DNA from: Octopus vulgaris
Lineage: Eukaryota
Direction: 5' to 3'
Length of the DNA: 64,000 nucleotides
Assembly (NCBI GenBank): GCA_951406725.2
Contig: OX597837.1
Location: 15,748,001-15,812,000 of the forward strand
The notes beneath the pieces are model-generated. The model did not search any database. It saw only the letters and a program-made list of their open reading frames with translations, and was not told the origin of the DNA. Positions 25,887-39,010 of this stretch are shown here, piece by piece (the stretch's first letter is position 1; every line of letters starts with the position of its first letter). Both the position numbers and the translations under genes were made by a program.

Positions 25887-25924
<38 letters not shown>

Positions 25925-25965
25925 TATACATATATATATACATATACATAATATATATATATATA

Positions 25966-26016
<51 letters not shown>

Positions 26017-27487
26017 AAGAGGGGTGTTCATAATTCTGCCATTTGTACAATAAATATATGAGTAAGTGAATACAGAATATAAATAAATTAAAAATGCTGC
26101 AACATAGAGTGTATATCAATTCTACTGAATATTTTAGAAAAAGAAAAAAAAAAGGATTAAAATAGGTGACATGCAACTATATACACACATACACACACTG
26201 ACAATGATACATACACACAGTTGTGAGCGCGTGTGTATATGTGTGCAACATTCATTGATTTTTACATCAATTAAAATAGTTTAAGAGAGTAGTGTGATAT
26301 TTTTAGGTTCATTTTAAAATCTTCAGTGAATAGTAAAAGGATGGAACAAAAAAAAAATAGAATTTTGCTTTCAGATACAAATCGGAGCAGACAATTATCG
26401 TTTGTCCGTTCATTTTTATGTGTGTTTCCCCATGCATGTATGGGTTACATGTTATGTTCCCTCTTTTACGTGTTTCAGTCATTAGACTGTGGCCATGCTG
26501 GGGCACTGTCTTGAATGGATTTCGTTGGATGGATCAATTCCAAGACTTATTTTTAAAGCCTGGTACTTATTCTATCAATCTCTTTTGCCAAAACTCTCAG
26601 CAAATCAACACTGCTCCTCAAGCAATGGCGACAAACACACACACACCTACATTTATATGATGGGCCTCTTTCCGTTTCCTTATACAAAATCCAGGCTATA
26701 GTAGAAGACGCTTGCTCAAGGTGTCACATAGTGAGACTGAACCCAGAACCATGTGGTTGGGAAGCAAGCTACTTATCACACAGCCATGCCATACATATTA
26801 CTGTGGAATTGTTTTACAACCAAGTGCTCTTCCTGCAGCTAACCCTTACCTGTTTTCAAATGAGGCATTTTTCGTTCTTACATGTCTCTGAAAGTGCAGA
26901 GCTACTGGATGATTTGCTGATAATGAAGACTGCTGACTACAGCTCATACAATCACACAGCACCAACGTTTGCACACACATGTGCACACACACACATGAAT
27001 GCAAGTGTATTCTACTATAGTCCAGGGCCAACCAATGCCTTGTTGGTGAATTTGGTGAAGAATTTGGTAGACAAGAAACTGTTTGGAAATCACATGTGTG
27101 TGTGCGTGTGTGTGTGCATGTGTGTGTCTTGACATCATCTGATGAGTGTCACTGTCATAGAAGCAATGCCATTCATGTCCAATATTCTGTGGAAGCAAGT
27201 CTGGCCATGGGGGAAACAGGTGAGGGTTGGTGACAGGAAGGGCATCCGGCCGTAGAGACAATATCCCTCAAACTCAGTCCGACCCCTGGAAACAAACACA
27301 AAGTGAACATAAAATGATGATGATGATGTTTTGAAGACTAGAAAGGTGTCCCGTATATCCAGCCCCTTTTCTTTATACAGTAAAGAATGGTTTAAGGGCT
27401 ATTTTGATGATATTTCTAACAGGCTGACCACCCAGTGGTCATACAGAGCCACTATCATATTGTGATGTGCACAATGCAGTACCCAAT

Positions 27488-28427
27488 CAGGACCATCTTA
27501 ACAGCGTTATAGACTGCAATGCAAATCAAGGCACTGTGGGGTCACAGCATACACAGACCAGAATTGAGGGCACAGATCAGTGAGGCCCTCAGGTAAATCA
27601 ATGCACTAGACCCAATAGTATTTATTTATTGACAGCAAACCCATGCATAAATCAGAATTGGCTCCCTAGACCCATGAGACCCCTAGGCAGTTCAATACAT
27701 TGTGAGCCCTATACTATTTATTCATTGGTAGCAAGCCACAGCATCCATAAATCAGAATTGGGTCCCTAAACCCATATGGCCATCCCTTCCTCCATCCATC
27801 TTTTCCACCCACTATTTCTGGGCGAGTGATGGGCTTAGGTCCTTCCATCATAGGGTCCTTCCTTCTTAAGGTCCTTCCTTCATAGGGTCCTATTAGAAGT
27901 AACCATCATTGGACTTTATGGTTGGATTCCCAAGCATGACCGAAACTATGGGTCTATCATCCAACCCTGTCATTCTTGGTCTGCTCCTTAGTTTCTTGCA
28001 AGTTGGTTTGGTTTGCAGAATCCATTTTGCGATTCTTTTCTGCAACATTTTAATGCCATGTCTGTGGTGTAAGAGCTGTGATATCTCAAAGTGGGGAAGT
28101 AACAGCCTGGCCTGGAGAGATTCTTTGATCTCTGAACTGCAGACCTTCTCCAGTAATGTTATTCCAGTGGTCATTGGCAGAAACCTCATTTTGGCTGCTT
28201 GTATTCATAATTATCCTCTTTCAGTTATTACCCAGCATCCATGACCCTGGGTGAGGAGAGGCACCAAGATTAGATTGAAGATAGCAAGTTTGGTTTTTTT
28301 TGTTTTTTTTTTACCAATTTCTTCTCTTTTGAGGATTGAATGCTGGAATTGGTGCATTACTGTGCCAGCACCCAGAGTCCTTGCATCCCATTCAGTCCAG
28401 TGTCCCTAATGCCTTAAGATGGCACTG
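27488..28427. mobile_element. hAT-type non-autonomous element with internal 90-100-bp tandem repeats and a nested RTE
   Basis: TIRs CAGGACCATCTTAA and TTAAGATGGCACTG match at 12 of 14 positions. The 8-bp flanks TACCCAAT and CACTCAAT match at 6 of 8. The internal repeat is shared with 40078-40618. Confidence 0.65.
27780..28375 (-). mobile_element. RTE LINE 3' fragment (second family, (GGAT)n-like tail)
   Basis: Translation KLAIFNLILVPLLTQGHGCWVITERG..IQAAKMRFL..GITLLEKVCSSEIKESLQ..KRIAKWILQTKP is typical of the RTE RT C-terminus. Homologous to 38720-39010. Confidence 0.85.
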
Positions 28428-29944
28428 CACTCAATCGAAATGTGAGAATCAGAATCCAGTGTCACTCCAAGAATTTTATGAACTGGACGACTTCTATTAG
28501 TCAGCAGCAAAAACAATAAATTAAATAAAAAATAATAAAAAACACGGGTGAAGAAATAATGAAAAAAGAAAAGATAAAATTAGAATTCAGAATTCTTGAA
28601 TTGAAAGTCCGTTGCAAGATAAATTAGAGAAATAGAGAAATTCCTTTCTTTCTAAGACAAATTCCACATTAATTCCACATTTCTTTTTTTATTATTATAC
28701 ATACAGACACAGACACACATACACACACACATACACACATACCAAATCAATAAATCATATAAGCAAATCAATAACAAAATAAGAAATAACAAAACAAGAT
28801 AAACAAAACAAATAAACAATCTGTTCAATATTTAATTTAACATGTGGAGAAGAAAACAGAAAGGAACGGAATATTTTTGACTCAGGAGCTTATTTTGACA
28901 TTTTTACAGATTCCACAACATAATAGGTTTATTAATAAAAACAAAACACAAATAATAATAATGATAATAACAACAACAGCAACAATAATGATGATGATGA
29001 TAATAATAATAATAATACAGTAAAAAAAAAAAAATTTAATAAAACAGAGAGAGAGACAGACAGACAGACAGACAATGGTATTTCTGAGAAATATAGGAAA
29101 GATAATTGAAATTTTGATTATCTAATACAATTTCAATGAAAAAGCAACTCCGCTTCCTGGTATTTCTTTCTTTTAGAGGACTCAACACCAACCCAGTCGC
29201 CCACCCTCCGACCCCTACCTCCATCCAATTCTTGATTTTCTCAATAATCTTTTGTTTCCTTAATGTCTGTTATTGTTAGTGTTGTTGTTGTAAGTGGTGG
29301 TGGTGTTAGACAAAATGGCATTTTCTACTTCGGAACAAACAATGAAAAATAATGATATAAGATGTGATGGAGGAAAATAGATAGCGAAAGGAGGGGGGGA
29401 GGGAGAAAAACAAAAATACCTCCCCCCCACTCACACACTTCATTCTCTTCAAAATTAATGAAATAATTTTTGATTTTGATACACACAAAACATTATTTTT
29501 ATTACACACGAATGATGATGATGATGATGATGATGAAGATAACGATGTATTTTTGTAACAACCAGATATACTCTGCCACCCAAACACATCCCTGTTACAC
29601 ACAACTTCATTCATCTTCCACACGAGACACATCTTGTTACATATATATTTATGTTACACGAAACCCATGACACAAAGATATTCCTGTCACACAAACATTT
29701 TCTTGTCTCAAACAGTTGACTTCTTTCAGTAAAAAGTATTTTACACATTAACACACACACACACACACACACACGCATTCCCCACAGGAATTAATTCCAT
29801 GTCGAAACACTTTGAGGTCGTGTTTACTTCATGAAACACTTCCATCCACTTGTATACAAGAGTGTCCATTGTTTTGGTACATTGGTTATATCTATTCAAT
29901 CCCATGTGATTGTTAGTCACACAGGGATGCTGTCTCTTCTACAC

Positions 29945-29988
29945 CACCTGATGAGAAATAGAGATCTCAAAACAGAAAACTTGTTATG
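29945..29988 (+). ncRNA. Degenerate hammerhead-ribozyme-like motif
   Basis: Reads CAC-CTGATGA-GAAAT-AGAG-ATCTC-AAAA-CAG-AAAAC-TTG-TT/ATG. Most deviations are G>A or C>T changes at inferred ancestral CpGs. Confidence 0.5.
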
Positions 29989-30044
29989 AAGTATAACCTC
30001 ATATATTTCCTTTATGCTGTAATTTTAGAAATTAGCTCTTTCCA

Positions 30045-31320
30045 TCTAGCTTTTTCAGGAGTTGAACCAGTTGAATGCTGTGTCATACAGGTAGTGAGAA
30101 CACAAACACACACACATCATCATCGTTTAACGTCCGTTCTCCATGCTAGCATGGGTTGGACAGTTCGACCAGGGTCTGGGAAGCCAGGAGGCTGCACTAG
30201 GCTCCAGTCTGATCTGGCAGTGTTTCTACAGCTGGATGCCCTTCCTAATGCCACCCACTCCGTATATGTAGTGAGTGCTTTTTACGTCCCACCGGTACAG
30301 GTGCCAGGGGAGTCTGGCAGCGGCCACGATCGGTTGGTGCTTTTTACGTGCCACTGGCACGGAAGCCAGTCAAGGCAGCGCTGGTACATATGTAGAAAAA
30401 CCTTGCAAGAGTGGAGAGAAATGATGAGAACTTCTGGGGTTGTTGATTAGAAATCAATCTGTCTGTAAGCTTTGTGTGGTCGAGAAGTTGTGGGAAAAGC
30501 ATCTGATGAAATACAAGGGCAAGGCATACTGTTTCACTCGGCTGAACTTTGGACAGAACACTGCAAAATATCACAGAGACAGTGTTCAAGACAATGTCGA
30601 GGAAAGTGAACAGAATGAAAAGAGCTAATTTGGACAGATATTTAGATGTTCAGACAGTTTACACACATATTTTGGTGGACGAAATGGTGGTGGCAAAGGT
30701 CATAAGCTATAGGTTATCAGAAAAGGCGGCGAGATGGCAGAAACGTTAGCACGCCGGACGAAATGCTTAGTGGTATTTCGTCTGCTGCTACGTTCTGAGT
30801 TCAAATTCTGCCGAGGTCGACTTTGCGTTTCATCCTTTTGGGGTCGATTAAATAAGTACCAGTTACGCACTGGGGTTCAATATAATCGACTTAATCTGTT
30901 TGTCCCCTCTGTGTTTAGCCCCTTGTGGGCAGTAAAGAAATAAGAAAAGACTTGGATTGACTTCAAAACTACTGGAATTGATGGAAGGGGGAACAACATT
31001 AGGGCAGAAGCTGAAGAAAGGGCAAGAAAGCTGATATTTTAGAGGGTGGTTAAACATTGTGACCAGTGACATTCATTTGATCCTGGATTGAGTGCACACG
31101 AGATGGGAAAGTTTAGGGCAAAAGACAATACTGAAAGAGATTAGCAGTTGATATCAAGCACCATTGAGAAGGGTTGCATCTCTCAAGGATCTGCTATGGA
31201 TGCTGATAAGCAGCTGTACAGGAAGAGATTCAGTTTTCTTTGAAGAGGTGCCAGTTGAAACATGTTGGCCATTTTCAAAGAAACATTAAATTCTGTTGGT
31301 CACCAGAACAACAAGTTTAG
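30045..31320 (+). mobile_element. LTR retrotransposon (Gypsy-like) RT/pol relic interrupted by an RTE tail and a SINE
   Basis: Fragments FQELNQ..HTGSE, TLQEWREM..VVD, KLWEKHLMKYKGKAYCFTRLNFGQNTA, HILVDEMVV, RLGLTSKLLELMEGGTTLGQKL and GWLNIVTS follow RT domain order. Frameshifted. Confidence 0.7.
30725..30942 (+). mobile_element. SINE family A, full length
   Basis: GGCGGCGAG head, A and B boxes, central domain and tail; flanked by an AGAAAA duplication at 30719-30724 and 30943-30948. Confidence 0.9.
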
Positions 31321-31535
31321 GCTCCATTCATCTCAACGATGGACATGTCTTCAGCCCCTACCTCCCCTGCTGACTTGAGGTGGGTTCCATCGGTTTCTTT
31401 CCCTCCCCATCACCTGTCCTCTATCTCTGCCCATCACATTCTATATTACCTTCTCCCTGTAAAAAATCACTTTACACAAAAGCAAATTAACACAAAATAT
31501 AAAATGTCCGTCCGTCCATCCTTCCATCTATCTAT

Positions 31536-31591
<56 letters not shown>

Positions 31592-32428
31592 ATCATCATC
31601 ATTTAGTGTCTGCTTTCCATGCTGGCATGGGTTGAACGGCCTTAACCAGAGCTGGCAAGCTGGGGAGCTGCACCAGGTTCCAGTCTGATTTGGTATGGTT
31701 TCTACCGTTGGATGCCCTTCCTTATGCCAACCACATTACAGAGTCCATTGGGTGCTTTTACGTGGCACCTCATGAGTGCTTCTATGAGGCACTGCACATA
31801 TATGTATACAAACATACATACATATATATATATATATACATTTGCATATTTATACACAAACAAACACCATATATATTATTTTCAAAAAAATCAATAAATT
31901 TGTATTAGATAGCTGTATACATGTGTATTGATAAACATACAAAAGATTCACATATATCCATATTTATACACACACACACACATTATATATGTATTTGCAC
32001 ACTCAAACACACATATACATACAAGCACATACATACACACATATACACACATACATACAAACATATTTTCCTCATCTGTCATTTGTGCCTTCACTTATTA
32101 TTATCATCATCATTGTTGTTGTTGTTGTTGTTGCTTTTGAATTGTTCATGTTGTAAAACTAATTTATCGTGTTATTTTTCCGTGAGTATTCAAGCCAAAA
32201 ATTAACTTCCATAAATAGTCCTTGCTTTCTCTCTTCAATTTTCACCATCTGATTTTTATTTCCTCCCTTTCTCGGCTCCCCTCTTCCAACCTCCGCCCCC
32301 TCCCCATGACCACCACCACCACCACCACCATCAGAGGCAATGGTAGCGGAGGCATTGTTGCCATTGTCAATCTTCTCACATATTTCCTTTTTTCATATAT
32401 ATATTATATATGTGTGTATGTATGTCAA

Positions 32429-32480
<52 letters not shown>

Positions 32481-33265
32481 TATATATGTACATATTTTTA
32501 TACACATACACACATATATATATCATATATATATATATACATACAAATATAGATATATACGCACACGTGTATATATATGTATTTATGTGTATATATGTAT
32601 ATTTATTTATTGTTCAGATTTTTTTCTCTCGTTATTTTTCGTTGTTAATTTTAACGTAGAAGATTAAGATATTGTAATTGGCATCCTTTAATGGCTCGGC
32701 AATCAATAACGAAAAGCCAAGTTGCTATTTTAAGAAAACCTTTCCATCAACTTATGAAAGTGGTTTCACTTGGAATGAATTTTTAAGAATATATTTAAAA
32801 AATAAAAAATACAAATTAAAAACAAAAATGAAAGAAAATAAATTAAAATCAAAACAAAAAGAAACTGAAATAAAAATAGAAATAATTTCTGATGAAGGAA
32901 AAGAAAGCAAGAAGGAAGGAAAGAAAGAAGGAGAGAAAGAAAGGAAAGAAAGAAGGAGAGAAAGAAAGGAAAGAAAGAAGGAGAGAAAGAAGAAAGCTGC
33001 AGGTAGGAAAGAAAGAAAGAGAAAAAGAAAGAAGGAATGAGGGGAAAAGAAAGAAAAAGAGAGGGGAAAGAGGAAGAAGAGAGCAAAAATGATGGCAACA
33101 TTTTTTAAAATAATTTTTTCCGTTTATTTTTTGATAATTATGATTGGCCATGATTATTTTTATTATTATAATAATTATTATTAACCTCATCCTTATTATT
33201 GTTGATGTTTTCATGATTACAGTTCATATTAATTAGTTTTGGTGTTGTGGTTGTTGCTGTCGTGA

Positions 33266-34430
33266 GGCAGCTGAGCTGGCAGAATGGTTAGCATGCCAGG
33301 CATGTCATTTGTCTTTACGTTCTGAGTTCAAATTCTGCCAAAGTTGACTCTGCCTTTCATCCTTTTGGGGTCGATAAAATAAGGATCAGTTGAACACTGG
33401 GGGTCACTTTAATTAACTTACCCACCCTCATCAAATTTTCTGGCCTTCTGCCTAAATTTGAAGCCAATATTGATATTTGTTGTTGTTGTTATTATTATTA
33501 TTATTATTATTAAGAAAGGTGGCAAGCTGGCAGAGTGGTCAGCATGCTGGACGAAATGCTTAGCAGCATTTTGTCTGTCTTTACATTCTGAGTTCAAATT
33601 CTGCTGAGGTTGACTTTGCCTTTCATCCTTTCGGGGTCGATAAAATAAGGATCAGTTGAACACCGGGGTCAATGTAATCAACTCATCCCCTGCCCCCAAA
33701 TTGATGCTATTGTGGCAAAATTTGAAACCATTATCATTATTATTACTACTACTACTACTACTACTACTACTGGGGTGGTGGATCGGCAGAATCATTAGAA
33801 TGACAGGAAGAACACACTGTGGCGTTTCTTGCTCCTCTTAAAGTTCTCAGTTCAAATCCCACCAAGGACACCCTTGCTTTTCATCCCTTCACGGTTCAAT
33901 ACAATAAAGAATCGATGAAGCACACAGGTCAGTGATATTGGTTAGTTCTCTCTCCTCTAAACTGCTGACCTGCGGCTTTAATCACAGACCATTATTGCCA
34001 TTATTTGCATGGCTGACCAAACCAAGTTGAACGCTGAGGTCAGAGTAATCACTGGACAAAATGCTGAGCGGAAGCCTGTCTGTCTGTGTTCTGAGTTCAA
34101 ATTCTGCTAAAGTCAGTTTTGTCTTTCGTACTTTCAGGGTTGATAAAACAAGTACCAGTCACATAGTGGGGCTGATGTAATTGAATAACCCCCATCCACC
34201 AAAATTTCAAGCCCTTTGCCAAGAGTAGAAACGACAGGGCAAAACGCTTAGCAGTATTTTGTTCACCTTTATATTCTGAGTTCAAATTCTGCTGAGGTTG
34301 ACTGAGGCCTTCCATCCTTTCGGGTCCAATAAATTAATTACCAGTAATACACTGGTGTTGATGTAACCAACTATTCGCACTCCCTCAAAATTTCAGGCCT
34401 TGTGTCTTTAGTAGAAAGAATTATTATTAT
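33266..34430 (+). mobile_element. Head-to-tail cluster of five family A SINEs
   Basis: Five co-oriented copies, each with TTCT(G/C)AGTTCAAAT and a CCTTTCATCC-like domain. They start at about 33266, 33519, 33773, 34010 and 34235. Confidence 0.85.
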
Positions 34431-34746
34431 TATTAGTCTTGTATGTTCTTCATTATATTTTGTTTGTGTCAGGCAAACAAATAAGCAAAAGCAGATTCCA
34501 TTCTTTTCCAGGAAGACAAATTAAACATGAACAAAGGCATTTATGAATATTAATTAGCAAGGAATGGCATTTGTAGAATACAATAATACAGCAGACAAGG
34601 AAGCCTCTGGTTGGATCTACTCACACACACGGACACACACACACGGACAAACACAGACACACACATACACACGACTCGTTTTGAAAATCTTATTTGATTT
34701 TTGTAAATGAATAACTAAATAAATAAATTCAAAATTAAAATTCAAT

Positions 34747-34791
34747 ATTGCTCTGATGAGATCTATTAAGGTCGAAAGATGTAGAAGCAAT
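34747..34791 (+). ncRNA. Hammerhead-ribozyme-like motif in apparently unique sequence
   Basis: Reads ATTGCT-CTGATGA-GATCT-ATTA-AGGTC-GAAA-GATG-TA/GA-AGCAAT. Core is intact, stem II is 5 bp, and stem I is 6 bp after a 2-nt insertion. Stem III AGATGT is one change from the palindrome ACATGT. Confidence 0.6.
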
Positions 34792-36164
34792 TTGCCTACT
34801 ACTACTACTACTACATAAATATGAAATACATTAGGGACGATTCTCTCTTCTACAGAAAAAATAAACAGAAGAACCAAATCCACTGATGTTTATACAAACA
34901 AATATAGACATATATATAAATAACACACAAGCATATATATACATCTCTCACTCTTTCTCTCCCTATATATATATATATATATATACATATACATGGATAG
35001 ATATAGATTTGCACACACACATACGCGCGCACACACACACATGAGTGGCTGGGTGAAAGCTAAATAAACTCAGATGGATGTGAAGTTAAACTCCAACTTC
35101 ATCCAGGGCCTACATCTGCAGTTCACTGCCTAATAATAATAATAATAATAATAATAATGGTTTCAAATTTTTCCACAAGGGCAGCCATTTTGGGGGAGGA
35201 GAGGAGTTGATTACATCGACCCCAGTGCGTAGCTGGTACTTATTTTATTGACCCTGAAAGGATGAAAGGCAAAGCTGACCTCAGTGGAATTTGAACGTGT
35301 GTGTGTGTGTGTGTGTGTGTTCCATGGAGTCATTGCCCAGTCTGGTTGGAGGCCACAGTGCATATTCTGATGTGCAGTGGTCAACTGCATTGCAGTCTCT
35401 CCATTGTCCACTTTGATTCTGTATGTCTGTTGAGGACCCACACTGTACCCTCGGGTATGCAATCGTTGGTTGCATGTCATGGCGTGTTGCAGTTTGGGTA
35501 AGTTTTCCTCTCTCCACTCACCCATGTGTCCATATGTGAGTGGATGTGTGAGTGTGAGCGTGTATGAGAGGGAGAGAGAGAGAGAAAGAAGAAACTGATA
35601 AACTGGTGCATCAAACAAATTCCCTTTGTGGTGTTTGTTTCACCCAAATTATCCAGACAATCCCGTGACACTCTCATCATCTGTTATTTGAAACCCCGTA
35701 ACCAAACAGCAACGATGTTCTTTCACTCCAGTTTGTGACACAGAAATAAACAACTGCCCAGAAATAACTTCCTGGTTGGTTCCTCCTCATTATGTACTAG
35801 AACCTCCCTTTCCCTGCTGGAATAAATAAAAATAACAAAATAGGAAGAGGAATGGAAAGGAGGGGGGGAGATTTTAAGTAGCAGAATATATACAGGTGAG
35901 AGGAGGAGGAGAAACTTATGGGAGAATGAGAATCAGAGGGAGTGGGAGAAAGACTATAAGAGAAAGAATGAGAGGGAGAGGTGGGGGAGAAAGCGTGGGG
36001 GAGAGGCATGTCTTTTACAGGTTCATTGTCCAAAAAGAAATTGGTTTAATAATACCTGTGGTGTTGATAATAAATTTGAAACCTAAAAAACGGGCAACAT
36101 ATATATGCATGCATATGTGTGTTTATATATATACATATATACACACACACACATATATATACAT

Positions 36165-36220
<56 letters not shown>

Positions 36221-36373
36221 ACTATATATACACACACATGTATATACATTATATACACGTATGTGTATGTATATATATGTAAATACATATATATATATAT
36301 ACATATATATATCTACATATATATTTGTGCAAGTATGTATATATATATATATATATATACCTACATATATATA

Positions 36374-36407
<34 letters not shown>

Positions 36408-36970
36408 ATGTATACACACACGCACACACACACACATACAATGTGTGTAGGTCTGCCTGTGTGTCTTGTGTGTGAGTCTGTACAAATCTGCTGTTACACT
36501 ACATTAACATAGGTTATTTTCACTTTCATTTCTACAATGGTGGCCATGGTGGAGGTGGGGGTGGAGGTGGTGGGGGGGGGGCGCAGCGGTGGCTGTCATA
36601 AAGATAAATAAAGATCTGTTGTGTGATTTAACAGAATAGAATTTGTAATTATTAATGTGTGTGTTATGCCAGTTTATCGAGACATTTTATTAGTTCAAAG
36701 ATCAGACAAGCTTAATCTTTTAGTGAACATACAACAACAACAACAACAACACTCAACCCTCTCTCTCTCTTGCACTCCCCCCTCTCACTAGCTTGCTTTC
36801 TTTCTCTCCTTCCTCCCACCACTGCTCTTGTCATCTCTTTCTTTCTCTCTTCTCTCTATATTTCTCCACCTTTTCTTTTTCTTTCTTTCCTCCCTCACAA
36901 TTATTCTCTCTTTCTTACTCTCTCTCTCTCTCTCTCTCAAGCTCTCTCTTCCTCTCCTCTTTCTTCCCCT

Positions 36971-37007
<37 letters not shown>

Positions 37008-38248
37008 CTCTATTTCTCCTCCCTATCTATCACAGAAATGAAATGAAGAAAATGAAAAGTGAGTTATGGGGAAAGAGAGAGAGACAGAGAGATGCAGAGA
37101 GAGATGGATAAATAGATATAGATAGATAGGTAGACAAGACAGATAGTGTGTGCGTGTGTGTGCTTGGCGTATAGTTTCAGAATTTCCATTAAAAGATAAT
37201 AAAGCTGTGTTCCCCCTCATTATTCTAAATACAAAAGCTTCAAAAGAATGACATTCTGAAACAAACAGCGGCAGCAGAGCAAACCATTATTTTCCAAACT
37301 AACTAAATGAAGTCAGTTTGGTGAAAAAAAAACAAAAAAAAAACTAAAATAAAATAAAAACAATGAAATAAATAAGAATTAAAGAATTAAAAAATTTTAA
37401 AAATGAAAATATAAATAATAAAAAAAACAAAACTAAAAGAAAATCTGTTGAACAGTTAAGAATAACAATGGAGTTATTTTCCATTCAAGACTCTCTCTCG
37501 TTATATGATTTTATCAAATATACATATTCTATGAGAACAATGCTTTGGATGACAAGAGATTATGCTGATGAAATAAATTTCGGAAAGATTCCTCGAATAT
37601 AATTTCACATTTCCATATTCTCACAATAGGATTACAGTGGAACTTAACAATAAGATTATTACAAGAAGAGAACTCTGCAATATTGGCATTTGTTGTTTGG
37701 TGGAAGGTTAATTTGGAGTTACACCGAATAACCTTTTTATGTAGAAGAAGAAAATATATTTAATTTTGTAAGGCAAGAGAAGAAGGTGAGAGGGATTTAC
37801 CGAAAACAGAACAAAACTGAAATCTTCAAGTTTCAAAGAAAGAATTCTTCAAGGATATTCATAATTATTTATGATCTATTTTTCTGTTGTTTGTTGTTGT
37901 TGTTGTTAGTATTGTTGTTGTTTAGCCCCAGGTCAGGCTTGATCAAGCAAGTTTATGATCCAGTGTTCTTCTAACCACGAACCTTTTGTCATTTTATTCA
38001 GACACAATATATCTAGGACGACATTATCAAATGTGTCTGTCCTTCCTCATTTAAGATAGTATGGTGGGATTTAAGGGGATATTTGGCTGCTATTTGGTTT
38101 CAAATTTTGGCACAAGACCACGACTAAGTTCAGGAGATGGGGTCAGTTGATTACACTGACCCCAGTACTCAACTGGTACTTATTGTATCAACCCCAAAAG
38201 GATAAAAAGTGAACCATGACAGAATTTGAATTCAGAACATAAAAATAT

Positions 38249-38648
38249 GCACAGGTGCGGCTGTGTGGTAATTAGCTTGCTTACCAACCACATGGTTCCA
38301 GGTTCAGTCCTATTGTGTAGCACCTTGGGCAAGTGTCTTCTACTATAGCCTCGGACTGACCAAAGCCTTGTGAGTGGATTTGGTAGAAGGAAACTGAAAG
38401 AAGCCTGTCGTATGTATGTATGAATGTAAGTATGTATGTTGGTGTGTCTGTGTTTGTCCCTCTAAAATCACTTGACAACTGATGCTGGTGTGTTTATGCC
38501 CCTGTAACTTAGTGGTTTGGCAAAAGAGACTGATAGAATAAGTACTAGGCTTACAAAGAATAAGTCCTTGGGTCGATTTTCTCAACTAAAGGTAGTGCTC
38601 CAGCATGGCTGCAGTCAAATGACTGAAACAAGTAAAAGAATAAAAGAA
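38249..38648 (+). mobile_element. tRNA/CORE-type SINE (family B), full length
   Basis: A box GGCTGTGTGG, B-box-like GGTTCAGTCC, CORE-like ACCTTGGGCAAGT, an internal microsatellite and tail CCAGCATGGCTGCAGTCAAATGACTGAAACAAGTAAAAGA. Other copies include 26465-26790(-), 51315-51655, 52465-52830 and 55705-56140. Confidence 0.9.
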
Positions 38649-38719
38649 TGGATCTAGTAGTATGTGTCTCTTGGATAACATTATATAATATGGCTTTCCT
38701 TTTTTTTATTATAAAGAAT

Positions 38720-39010
38720 TGGATGAGATGAAGGTTGAGCCACCACTTCTCTGTGTAGTCAGGTCACGGTTCTGGTGCTACAGACATGTGATGAGGATGT
38801 TCCAGAAAAGAATTGCAAGACAGATTCTTCAAGCGAAGCTAACTGGCAAAAGACCCAGGCATAGAACTAAGAATGAGATGGTTGGATGACGTCCATAGTC
38901 TCAGCTGGTCAAGCTTGGCAATCTCACCTGAAATTCTAATGATGGTTGCTTCTGATTGGAGCCCACAAAACTGCCAGGAGAAGTGGACAGAGAAGACGGA
39001 TGGACAGATT
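38720..39010 (+). mobile_element. RTE LINE 3' fragment (second family)
   Basis: Translation VEPPLL..RHVMRMFQKRIARQILQAKLTGKRPRHR..RWLDDVHSLSWSSLAISPE. Confidence 0.8.

Noticed and set aside
32678-33040. 120-aa Lys/Glu/Arg-rich ORF
   Set aside because: It starts at a non-ATG codon, and the second half is a (GAAA/GGAA)n repeat.
37561-37600. CTGATGA..GGAAAGATTCCTC hammerhead-like spacing
   Set aside because: Stem II and stem I do not pair in the required register; probably chance.
37745-37785. 41-nt exon candidate (TAG acceptor, AAG/GTGAGA donor; EENIFNFVRQEKK)
   Set aside because: The pyrimidine tract is weak and the peptide is unrecognisable; such sites are frequent by chance.
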